Counted from the first letter of the stretch, positions 23,060 to 32,276 are shown. The stretch is DNA of 35,819 bases from Candidatus Kerfeldbacteria bacterium (GCA_016214565.1 JACROE010000002.1:1-35819), one strand, 5' to 3'. Notes: generated by a model not told the origin, from the letters alone. Numbers and translations are program-made.

Positions 23060-23567
23060 GCCACTGCGTGAATCAATGCGCGAAGCATATTTGGATATCG
23101 CTCTCGAGATGATACAGCATCGAGAGCCAAATACTGAATGGCATTTTGATCGAGCCTTGAATGATTTTACTGGTTTACTGAAGTACTACCAAGAGCGAGC
23201 GCGCGGCATCAATCTACCGCCTGGCTTTAGTCCTGAAACAAAACTATTCGGCGTCGTCGATGGTATTATCATCGGCCGAGTGGGCATCCGACACAGCCTC
23301 ACCCCAACCCAAACTGAAACGCTGGGGCATATCGGCTATATCGTCCGTCCGACGTGGCGAGGAAAAGGCTATGGTAAACAGCTTTTTTCACTCGCCTTGA
23401 CTCATGCTCGTGAATTCGGCCTGGATAAAATCCACATCGTCTCTCGCCGAGATAATTACCCGTCACTCAGAATTCTCGCCCAGGTGAGCGCCACTCCCCA
23501 AAGTATCATTCGAGACGCACACGGAATAGAACGCAGCAGATTTATTATTGATTTAAAACGAACATGA
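23040..23567 (+). CDS. GNAT-family N-acetyltransferase
   Basis: 175 aa. The acetyl-CoA-binding motif A region is GHIGYIVRPTWRGKGYGKQLFSLALTHAREFG. It overlaps the upstream gene by 20 nt and the downstream gene by 4 nt. Confidence 0.7.
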   Translation: MATLRLEPLRESMREAYLDIALEMIQHREPNTEWHFDRALNDFTGLLKYYQERARGINLPPGFSPETKLFGVVDGIIIGRVGIRHSLTPTQTETLGHIGYIVRPTWRGKGYGKQLFSLALTHAREFGLDKIHIVSRRDNYPSLRILAQVSATPQSIIRDAHGIERSRFIIDLKRT

Positions 23568-24529
23568 AACGACTTCGGACGTATGCTCGTATCTATACGC
23601 GCGCTGCTCGATCACTAGGACTCCGGACCACGCAAATCAATGACCAGACGGTCGATATTACCTATCGAAATACAACTATCCGTTTTTACTATGCCATGAA
23701 TAGTTTAAATGATAGTGTCGCGGCATCGCTCAGCCAAAATAAATCCGGGACAAATGCATTGTTGCGACGCGCTCGGTTACCGGTTTTTGACCAAGCGTGG
23801 TTTTCTCGCCATACCCGCAAGAGTATCAAAGACTACATTAAGAAAATTCATTATCCCGTCGTCGTCAAACCAGCCAGCGGCCTTCAGGGTCACGGCATAA
23901 CGGTTAATGTGCGAGATGAGCAAACCCTAACATTTGCGATTGATCACGCGTTTGAATATGGCCAACGGGTTATTATTGAGAAATATTATCCGGGAACTGA
24001 TTACCGAGTATTGATTTGCCAGGATAAAGTTCTCGCGCTGACCCACCGATTACCTGCTCAGGTTATTGGTGATGGGATACATACGATTGAAGAACTGATT
24101 AATCATGCAAATGAAATATTACCAAAAAAAATACTACTTGATCAGGAAATAAAAAATCGATTGCGAGAGCACGATGCAACGCTTCACACCATCCTTGAGC
24201 CTGGCCAACAAGTTGTTCTCCGATATCGCGCAAACGCTGCCCTTGGTGGAACAACAATCAACATTGATCCAAAGCAAGCTCATCCAGACAACCTACGTGC
24301 TTGTATAAAAGCAGTACACACCGTAGGCCTTAAACTTGCGGGAGTTGATTTTATGACTACCGACATAACACAATCCTACCTCAAAACTAAAGGCGGTATT
24401 ACCGAAATTAATCATAACCCGGCGATAGATATTCATAGTAATGCAAGCAACCCCATTACTAATATTGCGGAACAAGTAGTACAAATATTGTTTGGTATGA
24501 AACGTGCGTTGCCTAAAAAACGAGTATAG
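23564..24529 (+). CDS. Stand-alone ATP-grasp ligase resembling the cyanophycin synthetase G-domain
   Basis: 321 aa. It reads NSLNDSVAASLSQNKSGTNALLRRARLPV ... YPVVVKPASGLQGHGITVNVRDEQTL ... VIIEKYYPGTDYRVLICQDKVLALTHRLPAQVIGDGIHTIEELI ... LAGVDFMT ... ITEINHNP. The match to the CphA/Ngg ATP-grasp pattern is from memory. Confidence 0.55.
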   Translation: MKRLRTYARIYTRAARSLGLRTTQINDQTVDITYRNTTIRFYYAMNSLNDSVAASLSQNKSGTNALLRRARLPVFDQAWFSRHTRKSIKDYIKKIHYPVVVKPASGLQGHGITVNVRDEQTLTFAIDHAFEYGQRVIIEKYYPGTDYRVLICQDKVLALTHRLPAQVIGDGIHTIEELINHANEILPKKILLDQEIKNRLREHDATLHTILEPGQQVVLRYRANAALGGTTINIDPKQAHPDNLRACIKAVHTVGLKLAGVDFMTTDITQSYLKTKGGITEINHNPAIDIHSNASNPITNIAEQVVQILFGMKRALPKKRV

Positions 24530-24597
24530 TATAAACTGATAATCAGTATCAATAATAATTAAGCCCTGAATACGGCCCCTTACATACATTTCCTTCC

Positions 24598-25458
24598 ATG
24601 GCCGCAAGCTTTCTCATCACCATTCGCGAATCACTTGAAGCAGCATTGATTGTGGGCATTGTTATCAGTTATTTGCGCCGCACTTCCCAAACAACCTACA
24701 TCCGTGTGGCCTGGCTGGGAGTAATCGCCGGTGTCGCATTCAGCGTTTTCTGCGCAATCCTCTTCCAGCGGCTACTGGGAGGCTTTGTTGGACGTACCGA
24801 AGCAATTTTTGAAGGCTTTGCCATGTTAGCTGGCGGCCTACTCATAACCACACTGATTTTCTGGATGATGCAACGCTACCAGAGCAGTGCCAAATTAAAA
24901 AAACAGATTGATCAACATGTGACTGCTGCCTACCCCTGGGGCATTTTTTGGTTAACCGGTGTCGCGGTCATGCGCGAAGGCATAGAAACCGTTATTTTTC
25001 TCCAGTCAGCCCGCTTCACTTCCCCCGACCACAATTTGATCGGAGCCCTCCTCGGGATTGCCGCAGGCATTGCTCTCGGTTATGCAGTATATACGGGTAC
25101 TCTCAAAATGAACCTAAAGCGCTTCTTTACCGTTACCGCCATATTACTGATGTTTATTGCGGCTGGACTTATTGCGCACGGCGTGCACGAATTGCAAGAA
25201 GCACACCTGCTTCCCTGGGGTACTGACGAACTATGGAATATTAATCCCACGCAATTGGCAGATGGGACCCTTCCATTTTGGCACGAAAATGGAACCGTCG
25301 GTAGTTTTCTGAAAAGCCTCTTTGGATTTAATGGCAATCCCTCTTTGTTAGAAGTGCTGGCATATGGTATTTATCTATCAGGTATCGCCGTGCTGTGGTA
25401 TCTCATGCGCGGGTCAACCCAGACTAAAAAACCCGTTGACGCAGCAGAATCAGCGTGA
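24598..25458 (+). CDS. FTR1/EfeU-family high-affinity iron permease
   Basis: 286 aa with about 7 TM helices. Two REXXE motifs are present: RESLEAALIVG at the N-terminus and REGIETVIFLQ mid-protein. Confidence 0.8.
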   Translation: MAASFLITIRESLEAALIVGIVISYLRRTSQTTYIRVAWLGVIAGVAFSVFCAILFQRLLGGFVGRTEAIFEGFAMLAGGLLITTLIFWMMQRYQSSAKLKKQIDQHVTAAYPWGIFWLTGVAVMREGIETVIFLQSARFTSPDHNLIGALLGIAAGIALGYAVYTGTLKMNLKRFFTVTAILLMFIAAGLIAHGVHELQEAHLLPWGTDELWNINPTQLADGTLPFWHENGTVGSFLKSLFGFNGNPSLLEVLAYGIYLSGIAVLWYLMRGSTQTKKPVDAAESA

Positions 25459-25470
25459 TACCGTAGTGCC

Positions 25471-26457
25471 ATGTCGCACAAATCAATCTGGAAAACATTG
25501 CCACGGCCGATTATCGGCCTCTCCCCGATGGATGGCTATACCGATAGCGCTTTTCGACGTGTGTGCAAATCCGTCAATCCATCGGTTTTGGTATACACCG
25601 AATTTTCTTCAGCCGACGGTGTCCACCATGAGGCACGTCGGGTACTTGAGAAATTTACGTATCATCCGTCAGAACACCCAATCATTGCCCAAATATTTGG
25701 CAAAGATCCGGAGACCTTCGCCACAGCGGCAAAATATTTGGAAGCACAAGGCTTCGACGGAATCGACATAAATATGGGCTGCCCCTCAAAAAGCGTGGTG
25801 CGCTCCGAGCATGGCGTGGCACTACGTAAAAACTGCGATCGTGCGTTTCATTTGATTGAAACAGTAGCCAAAGCTACTTCCCTGCCAGTTTCTGTCAAAA
25901 CACGCCTTGGCTGGAGTGACGCATCTGACCTGATATCATTTGGCAAGGGTTGCGAGAATGCCGGGGCGCAAGCCATTGCTATTCACGGCCGCACCTATAC
26001 TGAGCCCTATAATTGTCCAGCTCGCTTTGAACCAATTTATGAACTGAAGAAAGCCGTCGCCATCCCTGTCCTCGGTAATGGCGGCATCACGTCCATTGCC
26101 GATGGAAAAGCGAAATTGGACAATCTGGACGGTTTCTTAATTGGCCAGGCCGCCATCGGCAACCCATGGGTATTTAGTGAACAACCCGCGCCGAGTTTTA
26201 TTGAAAAAATACCCCTCATTAAAGAACACGCTCGGCTGCTTTTCGAACTGAAGGGCGAAAAATGGGCAGCCTTCGAAGTGCGCAAACATCTACTCGCCTA
26301 CGTGCGTAATATCCCGCATGCCACTCAGTATCGTTCTCAATTAGTGCGCGTCACCAGCCTGACTGAAGTCAATGCCGCACTTGATGCAATTGGCGCGCAG
26401 GTGCACACTGAATCCATAGCAGCAAGCCAACAACCCATTCCCAGCTATGCCACCTAA
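25471..26457 (+). CDS. tRNA-dihydrouridine synthase (Dus family)
   Basis: 328 aa. It reads LSPMDGYTDSAFRRVC ... AQIFG ... FDGIDINMGCP ... GVALRKN ... VSVKTRLGW ... AIAIHGRT, the conserved Dus TIM-barrel motifs including the catalytic Cys. Confidence 0.85.
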   Translation: MSHKSIWKTLPRPIIGLSPMDGYTDSAFRRVCKSVNPSVLVYTEFSSADGVHHEARRVLEKFTYHPSEHPIIAQIFGKDPETFATAAKYLEAQGFDGIDINMGCPSKSVVRSEHGVALRKNCDRAFHLIETVAKATSLPVSVKTRLGWSDASDLISFGKGCENAGAQAIAIHGRTYTEPYNCPARFEPIYELKKAVAIPVLGNGGITSIADGKAKLDNLDGFLIGQAAIGNPWVFSEQPAPSFIEKIPLIKEHARLLFELKGEKWAAFEVRKHLLAYVRNIPHATQYRSQLVRVTSLTEVNAALDAIGAQVHTESIAASQQPIPSYAT

Positions 26458-26866
26458 ATTATTCATTGCCACCAAAGCATTTATCCTCCACCAGGGCAAA
26501 ATATTAATCGTGCGTGAAGCACCAACCTACGCCACCGGCACCCAAATCGGCAAATATGACGTGGTGGGTGGCCGTTTGCAGGCTGGGGAACATTTTGACG
26601 ATGGCCTGAAACGTGAAGCCCGAGAAGAGGTTGGTTTGGAAATCGAAGTGGGCAGCCCATTTTTTGTCAACGAATCATGGCCAACCATTAACGGTGAACA
26701 ACATCAAATCGTTCGAGTTTTTTTCCGTTGCACCGCAAAAACGACCGCGGTACAACTGAGCCACGATCATGATGATTTCCAGTGGATAGAACCTCACTAC
26801 TATTTTCAATACCCTATTATTGAAAATCTAATTCCGGCATTTCAATCATTAATTACAAAGCGATGA
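26447..26866 (+). CDS. Nudix hydrolase
   Basis: 139 aa. The Nudix box is GGRLQAGEHFDDGLKREAREEVGLEI. It overlaps the dus stop by 11 nt. Confidence 0.8.
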   Translation: MPPKLFIATKAFILHQGKILIVREAPTYATGTQIGKYDVVGGRLQAGEHFDDGLKREAREEVGLEIEVGSPFFVNESWPTINGEQHQIVRVFFRCTAKTTAVQLSHDHDDFQWIEPHYYFQYPIIENLIPAFQSLITKR

Positions 26867-27300
26867 ACAATACGTTACTTATTTTCGCTTGGATCTGGGC
26901 GGCCATGATTGCTACGGCCTTTTGGGAAGCGTACGTCGAGGGCCGCAATGCCTGGGATAAGGGAAAGCTGGGCTGGAAAATCACGTTTGGAAAATATAGC
27001 CTCACGGGGTACCACTTTTTCTTATTCTATGTGATGTGGCCGCTCCTCCTCACACTTCCCTTTATCATGTTTGGCTGGGACACCCGGAAATTTGGCATTG
27101 TAGTTAGTGCCTTTACCTCAGGATCGGTTATTGAAGACTTTATGTGGTACGTGGTAAATCCAGTTGTCAAAGTATCAGAACTTAACACTGATTTTGCGAA
27201 TTACTACCCTCGTGTGCGCCTCGGAAAAATTCGCATTCCCCTGTACTACTTTATTGGCATTGGGCTGGCCATACTTTCCTGGTATTTTTTGTGGCGATAA
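26863..27300 (+). CDS. Small membrane protein, function unknown
   Basis: 145 aa with about 4 hydrophobic helices. ATGA overlap with the Nudix gene. A strong terminator follows. Confidence 0.55.
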   Translation: MNNTLLIFAWIWAAMIATAFWEAYVEGRNAWDKGKLGWKITFGKYSLTGYHFFLFYVMWPLLLTLPFIMFGWDTRKFGIVVSAFTSGSVIEDFMWYVVNPVVKVSELNTDFANYYPRVRLGKIRIPLYYFIGIGLAILSWYFLWR

Positions 27301-27315
27301 CGTATTGAGAGAACG

Positions 27316-27346
27316 AAAAACAGCCCGGCCAAGCCGGGCTGTTTTA
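27316..27346. terminator. Strong bidirectional rho-independent terminator
   Basis: Reads AAAAAcagcccgg-ccaag-ccgggctgTTTT: a perfect GC-rich stem with an A-tract on one side and a T-tract on the other. It sits between convergent genes. Confidence 0.85.
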
Positions 27347-27356
27347 TCATTTATGA

Positions 27357-27515
27357 TTATGCAAGTTGATCTCGGTCAATGACACCAGTTCCATTTAACA
27401 GCGCCTTATGTTTATCCATTTCAATCTTGAAGAGCTTCAACTCATCAGTAACTTCGTCAAATATGCCTTGAAACTTGCCATTGGGTTGTCGCTCATTAAG
27501 TGTTTGGTAGTCCAT
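27357..27515 (-). CDS. Stand-alone 52-aa acidic soluble protein (or an sRNA carrying a chance ORF)
   Basis: ATG at 27515 gives MDYQTLNERQPNGKFQGIFDEVTDELKLFKIEMDKHKALLNGTGVIDRDQLA, ending in TAA at 27357-27359. It has its own near-consensus promoter and ends at the 27316-27346 terminator. No SD is visible. Too short for the track. Confidence 0.4.
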   Translation of the reverse strand: MDYQTLNERQPNGKFQGIFDEVTDELKLFKIEMDKHKALLNGTGVIDRDQLA

Positions 27516-27553
27516 ATATTATTGAAATTATGCTTATATTAAAATAACTGAGC

Positions 27554-27582
27554 ATAATAACATGGCCCCTATTCATTGTCAA
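27554..27582 (-). promoter_or_regulatory. Near-consensus sigma-70-type promoter for the 52-codon gene
   Basis: Minus strand reads TTGACA (27582-27577), a 17-nt spacer, then TATTAT (27559-27554). The predicted TSS is about 30 nt before the ATG at 27515. The -35 lies inside a hairpin (cccctatt/aatagggg, 27566-27588) that could also act as a weak terminator for the upstream operon. Confidence 0.6.
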
Positions 27583-27618
27583 TAGGGGGCGCTGCGGGCG
27601 TATGCAAACAATGGATGG

Positions 27619-28953
27619 CTACTTCAGGCCAATGTACAGCGCGTCATATAATTGGCGCTCAACAAACTCAAGCACCACAACATCTGGTTGCTCTATTTCG
27701 ACAATGGTCTGATCAATCGGATAATTGCGAATAAAGACCGATCGACTAAAATTTTCCGAAATAAATGGCGCCATGGCATTCGTAAAAGAATCACGAAACA
27801 TCAAAAGCCGTGGTAAGTCTGATGCGGTGATCTCTTTTGCTAAAACAGATTTTTCCGGATCGGGATTTGGATTCTCAAAGGCGAACGACGCATTTACAGC
27901 CTGGCGCGGCGCTTTTGGGATTAGTTTAATTTGCTCTTCTTGCAAGTCCTCTTGGAGTGACAGCATAATGGCCAAATCAGCTCCACCAGCTATCTGTGTT
28001 TTGATAGTAAAATCTTCAATTGAGGGTATTGAAATTGCAGGAAAATCTTTTTGAATAGCTCGTAGTAACGCACGATATCCGATATAAGCCCCATATTCAT
28101 TCCAATGCGTTCCGGTTTTCTCATACAGTCGACTGGCTGGCTTAGCTGCTAATAAATCAGCTCGTGGATCAATAATGGTTATGTCAGTGTGCTGCTCTAA
28201 ATACTGTATCGTCTGGTCGAGGCGAGTCAAAGGTCCAACCCGATTGTAAATGTCGGGCATGTATTCACCATAAATCGTGTGTTTGTCAGGTGCCGCCATC
28301 ACATAAAATGCAATCCCCTGCGCCGCGAGGTCATCTTTTGTTTTAATAATATTATCGGCAATAGTTTTTAATTCTGCATCAGATAACGGTTGCGTGGCGC
28401 GATAATCATCAATGGTCGTCCCGGCTGAATAAAAATACCAACCATCTTTTCCTAAAATAGCATTCGTCTCGATGGTAACATGTTCTCGCGGCAGCGTTTC
28501 AGGTTGTGGCTCCGGCTGTGCCGTGTTGGTTTGCGAGGTATTTGTCGCAGGTTGTACGACTTCGTCTGCGTCGGGTAACGTAGGTGTTTCCGCAGTCGGA
28601 ATCGTCGGTGCCTGGTCAGTTGCGGTTTGGTGCACCGCTACGCCCCGAATCGGCACGGTCTTAAACCACTTCACGTACATGCGCAAGTGCCAACCAACGA
28701 GAACATTCCGAAATCCAAAATGATCATTTAAGTATGATTCAAACGAACGGCGAAATGGCGCCGTATAAAAAGTTTTAACTGCAAATTCTGGCAGTTCGGC
28801 CAATCGTCGATTTTCCGTATTGCTGGTTGGCACTGACCAACCGGCTGCTACCATGATCCCAGGCACGGCTAATGCAGCCAAAAATACAACTACCAATACA
28901 TACTCCCCCCAGACTGGCATGATCTCTTTATGCTCGTGGTGCATGAGCGGCAT
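27619..28953 (-). CDS. AlgJ/AlgX-like (DHHW-type) extracytoplasmic O-acyltransferase partner protein
   Basis: 444 aa with an N-terminal TM. A Pro/Thr/Gln-rich linker reads TATDQAPTIPTAETPTLPDADEVVQPATNTSQTNTAQPEPQPETLP. It then reads YVMAAPDKHTIYGEYMP and KTGTHWNEYGAYIGY, matching the D.HW motif region of AlgJ-like proteins. It lies 2 nt after the MBOAT gene. Confidence 0.55.
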   Translation of the reverse strand: MPLMHHEHKEIMPVWGEYVLVVVFLAALAVPGIMVAAGWSVPTSNTENRRLAELPEFAVKTFYTAPFRRSFESYLNDHFGFRNVLVGWHLRMYVKWFKTVPIRGVAVHQTATDQAPTIPTAETPTLPDADEVVQPATNTSQTNTAQPEPQPETLPREHVTIETNAILGKDGWYFYSAGTTIDDYRATQPLSDAELKTIADNIIKTKDDLAAQGIAFYVMAAPDKHTIYGEYMPDIYNRVGPLTRLDQTIQYLEQHTDITIIDPRADLLAAKPASRLYEKTGTHWNEYGAYIGYRALLRAIQKDFPAISIPSIEDFTIKTQIAGGADLAIMLSLQEDLQEEQIKLIPKAPRQAVNASFAFENPNPDPEKSVLAKEITASDLPRLLMFRDSFTNAMAPFISENFSRSVFIRNYPIDQTIVEIEQPDVVVLEFVERQLYDALYIGLK

Positions 28954-28955
28954 AG

Positions 28956-30467
28956 TTAAAACCTGAAATAAATAAATGGATTGTAGGTATCATTCGCCAT
29001 ATGCATGACCGTCAGTAAGAAAATTCCCGCCAATGCAATGAAGACTGCCGTAGTCCACGAAACTTGGATAATACGCCCACTCACGTGAGCGCTTTGTTCC
29101 CACCAGCGACGAATGTGGCCGTGCAACCACGGGATAACTGGCGTGCAACCAATAATACCAGCAACAAACGCCCATAGAATCACCGGGGTAACAAATAAGC
29201 CTAGGTGGTACTCTGTTTGACCGGCAGTACCAAATCTGAACATGGCTATAATAAACTGCCACGCCTCCCCTAATGTTTCGGCACGAAAGAAAACCCAACC
29301 AATTAAGACAACGAAGAGTACATACAGTTGTCGGATCGGCCACCAGACTCGGCCAAGCAACTCACCGAAACGAGTTCGCTCAAGTAGCAAAAAAACCCCG
29401 TGAAATAATCCCCAAACGATAAAATTCCAACTAGAACCGTGCCACAAACCGGTCACAAAAAATACAAAGAGTAAATTAAAATATACTCGTCCGCGAGAGC
29501 GTTTATTACCACCCAACGGAATATACAAATAGTCACGAAACCAAGTGGACAATGAAATATGCCATCGACGCCAGAAATCTCGGATTGATTTTGCTACATA
29601 GGGAAAATTAAAATTCTCAAGAAAGTTGAAACCAAGCATGCGTCCCATGCCAATCGCCATATCCGAGTATCCGGAAAAATCAAAATAAATTTGCAGTGCA
29701 TAACAGACAGCCCCAAACCACGTCATCGGAGCGGTCAGTGCCTCAGCGGGTAAGGCAAAAATTGCATCTGCCGGAACAGCTACTAAATTGGCAATGAGCA
29801 TTTTCTTGCCCAGCCCCATAACAAACCGACGTATGCCATAGGCAAATCCGTTGCGCGTGACAATACGGTCAATCAGCTCGCGTGCCACCACTTCATAGCG
29901 TACAATCGGCCCAGCTACCAGCTGAGGAAACATGGTGACGAATGCCATAAAATCGATGTAGCTCGTCGTTGCCTTAACCGTACCGCGGTATACATCAATG
30001 GTATAGCTCATTGATTGGAAAGTATAGAAGCTAATGCCCAAAGGTAGCACTATCTGCCACATGCCCGAGAGGGTAATTGTCTGCCAGCCAAAAAATTCAA
30101 AAATGGCATTAAGATTATCAATGCCAAAATTAAAATATTTAAAAAACCCAAGTAACGCCAAATTAGAAACTACGGAGAGTACCAAAAATACAGTCTGGGA
30201 TCGGCTCCGATGGGTCGTGATAAATGCCCGTGCTGCCCGTGGCCGAAAGATTCCTCGAAATCCCCGCTCAATTCCTAAACCAGCAACGTAATCAATCCCA
30301 GAGGTCAGAAGCATAATCATAACTAATTTTCCCTCACCCCAAGTATAAAAAATCAAGCTGACGATGAGTAGCCACAGGTTACGCAACCGCTGTGTACGCA
30401 GCGAAAAATATATAATAAAAAAAATTGGAAGAAACGCGAATAAGAAAATTGGCGAACTAAACAGCAT
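28956..30467 (-). CDS. MBOAT-family membrane-bound O-acyltransferase (AlgI/DltB/PatA-like)
   Basis: 503 aa and polytopic. The conserved MBOAT block is FWRRWHISLSTWFRDYLYIPLGGNKRS, which includes the catalytic His. Confidence 0.85.
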   Translation of the reverse strand: MLFSSPIFLFAFLPIFFIIYFSLRTQRLRNLWLLIVSLIFYTWGEGKLVMIMLLTSGIDYVAGLGIERGFRGIFRPRAARAFITTHRSRSQTVFLVLSVVSNLALLGFFKYFNFGIDNLNAIFEFFGWQTITLSGMWQIVLPLGISFYTFQSMSYTIDVYRGTVKATTSYIDFMAFVTMFPQLVAGPIVRYEVVARELIDRIVTRNGFAYGIRRFVMGLGKKMLIANLVAVPADAIFALPAEALTAPMTWFGAVCYALQIYFDFSGYSDMAIGMGRMLGFNFLENFNFPYVAKSIRDFWRRWHISLSTWFRDYLYIPLGGNKRSRGRVYFNLLFVFFVTGLWHGSSWNFIVWGLFHGVFLLLERTRFGELLGRVWWPIRQLYVLFVVLIGWVFFRAETLGEAWQFIIAMFRFGTAGQTEYHLGLFVTPVILWAFVAGIIGCTPVIPWLHGHIRRWWEQSAHVSGRIIQVSWTTAVFIALAGIFLLTVMHMANDTYNPFIYFRF

Positions 30468-30470
30468 ACG

Positions 30471-31406
30471 TTATTCCAGGGTGTGACCAAATGCTTGATT
30501 AAATCTCTGACGAATCGTCGTACTCGTAAAACGATAGGTCTGTGTTCCATACTGCTCGACGGCATGGACGGCCACCGTAGCAGCGAATCGACCAATTGTT
30601 TCAATCGAATACCCGCGGAGCAAACCAGCGATGAATCCCGCTCGATACGCGTCCCCCGCGCCTGTGGGATCGACCAGTCGTCGCGGCTTCACAATCGGAA
30701 TTCGATACTGCTCCCCACCCGCGTACACGTCAGAACCCGCCCCACCCCGCGTCACGATTAACAATTCAAGTCGCTTCCGCAGTTGAGGAAGCGGTAATGA
30801 GGTTTTTGAAACAATCATGGCTAATTCATAATCGTTGCAAAACATCCCCAGTGCGCCGCTAATCCCCTGCAAGAGTGTAGCTTTTGACAGCGCCGTGGTT
30901 ACCTGTCCCGGATCGAAAAAATACAACACCTGATGCTTATGAAGTTCGCGTGGCAATCGATCCATATCTACGAGATTCCCCGGGGATATAATTGCCAAAC
31001 CGACATCGGTAAATAATGATTTCGGAAAACTACCGTAGGATCGCCCCAAGGCGCCGGGGAAAAATCCGGTAATTTGATTATCGTCCTGATCAGTAATAAT
31101 ATGCGCGGCGGCGGTTGCCTGAAGATCGGTACGAATGGTCGCCTGCGAGATCCGATGACGAGAAAGCCAAGTGCGATATGCCCCAAAATCACTCCCCGAT
31201 CGAGCTATGATGCGCGGCTCGACGCCTAAAAGACGTAACCCGTACGCAATATTGCCAGCGGTTCCGCCAAATTCCTGACGAAATGTCGATACATTGAAAC
31301 TCACATTCAACTGGTGGATTTTCTTGGGAAGAATATGATCACCAAAATGTCCCGGAAAATCCATAATCCGATCATAGGCTAGTGATCCTGAAACGATAAC
31401 GCGCAT
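30471..31406 (-). CDS. PfkB-family carbohydrate/nucleoside kinase
   Basis: I prefer the start MRVIVSGSLAYD at 31406, 1 nt after the upstream stop, over the track start at 31442. Motifs: GGTAGNIAYGL and VDPTGAGDAYRAGFIAG (the PfkB anion hole). Confidence 0.8.
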   Translation of the reverse strand: MRVIVSGSLAYDRIMDFPGHFGDHILPKKIHQLNVSFNVSTFRQEFGGTAGNIAYGLRLLGVEPRIIARSGSDFGAYRTWLSRHRISQATIRTDLQATAAAHIITDQDDNQITGFFPGALGRSYGSFPKSLFTDVGLAIISPGNLVDMDRLPRELHKHQVLYFFDPGQVTTALSKATLLQGISGALGMFCNDYELAMIVSKTSLPLPQLRKRLELLIVTRGGAGSDVYAGGEQYRIPIVKPRRLVDPTGAGDAYRAGFIAGLLRGYSIETIGRFAATVAVHAVEQYGTQTYRFTSTTIRQRFNQAFGHTLE

Positions 31407-31407
31407 G

Positions 31408-32274
31408 CTATCGGTATATTTCAAGTGATCGAGTAATATCAATGCGATCTATTCGATGCTTCACCAATGGTGTTTTCAGTTGCTCGAGTCGATCGTGGTA
31501 CGTCGGCTTCTCAATTTGGTAAAACACCCCCAGGGGAATTTTCCCATCGGTCCGCACTGCTTGCATCAGTGCTGCTTGATAATCTGAGGTGTTATGCTTT
31601 TCGTCTTCTAGCTTTATCACCCGCTCCTTGTACCAAGGAAATTCATTTAATTTATTAAATGTCGGGCAGAGCTGCATAATATTGATAAATGAAAACCCTC
31701 GGTGCTTGATCGCTTGCTTGATCAGCTCTTTGAGTTGCGGAATGTCAGAAGAGAACCCCTGCGCCACAAACGTCGCGCCATTCAGTATGGCGGTAGCAAT
31801 AGGATTAAAAGGATGATCAATATTACCAAACGGCGCTGATTTCGTTTTCATGCCCTCCTCCGATGTTGGCGAGGTTTGGCCAGTCGTTAAACTATACAAA
31901 TGATTGTCGTGCACTAAATAGGTAATATCAATGTTGGTCCGGGCGGTATGGACAAAATGACTGATCCCCTCACCATACGCATCGCCGTCACCCGAATCAG
32001 CCACCACGGTCAATTCGCTATTAGCCAGCTTCACACCAGATGCCACCGGCAATGAACGGCCATGAATGCCATGAAAGGCATAGACGTTATAAAAATTTGA
32101 TCCGTTGGAAGAACAGCCGATGCCGAAAATCATAGCTATCTGGTGCGGCGGAATGCCAAGCTCAGCAAAGGCGCCTTTGGTGGCAGGCATAATGCCAAAA
32201 TTGCCACAACCCGGACACCAGCTGGGGGTGTATTTCGTCGTGTAATCGCGCTGAGTTAGGGGTGTGGTCGCCAT
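31408..32274 (-). CDS. 2-oxoacid:ferredoxin oxidoreductase, beta (TPP-binding) subunit
   Basis: 288 aa. It reads WCPGCGNFGI ... GIGCS ... VVADSGDGDAYGEG, the TPP and Fe-S ligand region typical of OFOR beta subunits. Confidence 0.85.
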   Translation of the reverse strand: MATTPLTQRDYTTKYTPSWCPGCGNFGIMPATKGAFAELGIPPHQIAMIFGIGCSSNGSNFYNVYAFHGIHGRSLPVASGVKLANSELTVVADSGDGDAYGEGISHFVHTARTNIDITYLVHDNHLYSLTTGQTSPTSEEGMKTKSAPFGNIDHPFNPIATAILNGATFVAQGFSSDIPQLKELIKQAIKHRGFSFINIMQLCPTFNKLNEFPWYKERVIKLEDEKHNTSDYQAALMQAVRTDGKIPLGVFYQIEKPTYHDRLEQLKTPLVKHRIDRIDITRSLEIYR

Positions 32275-32276
32275 AC

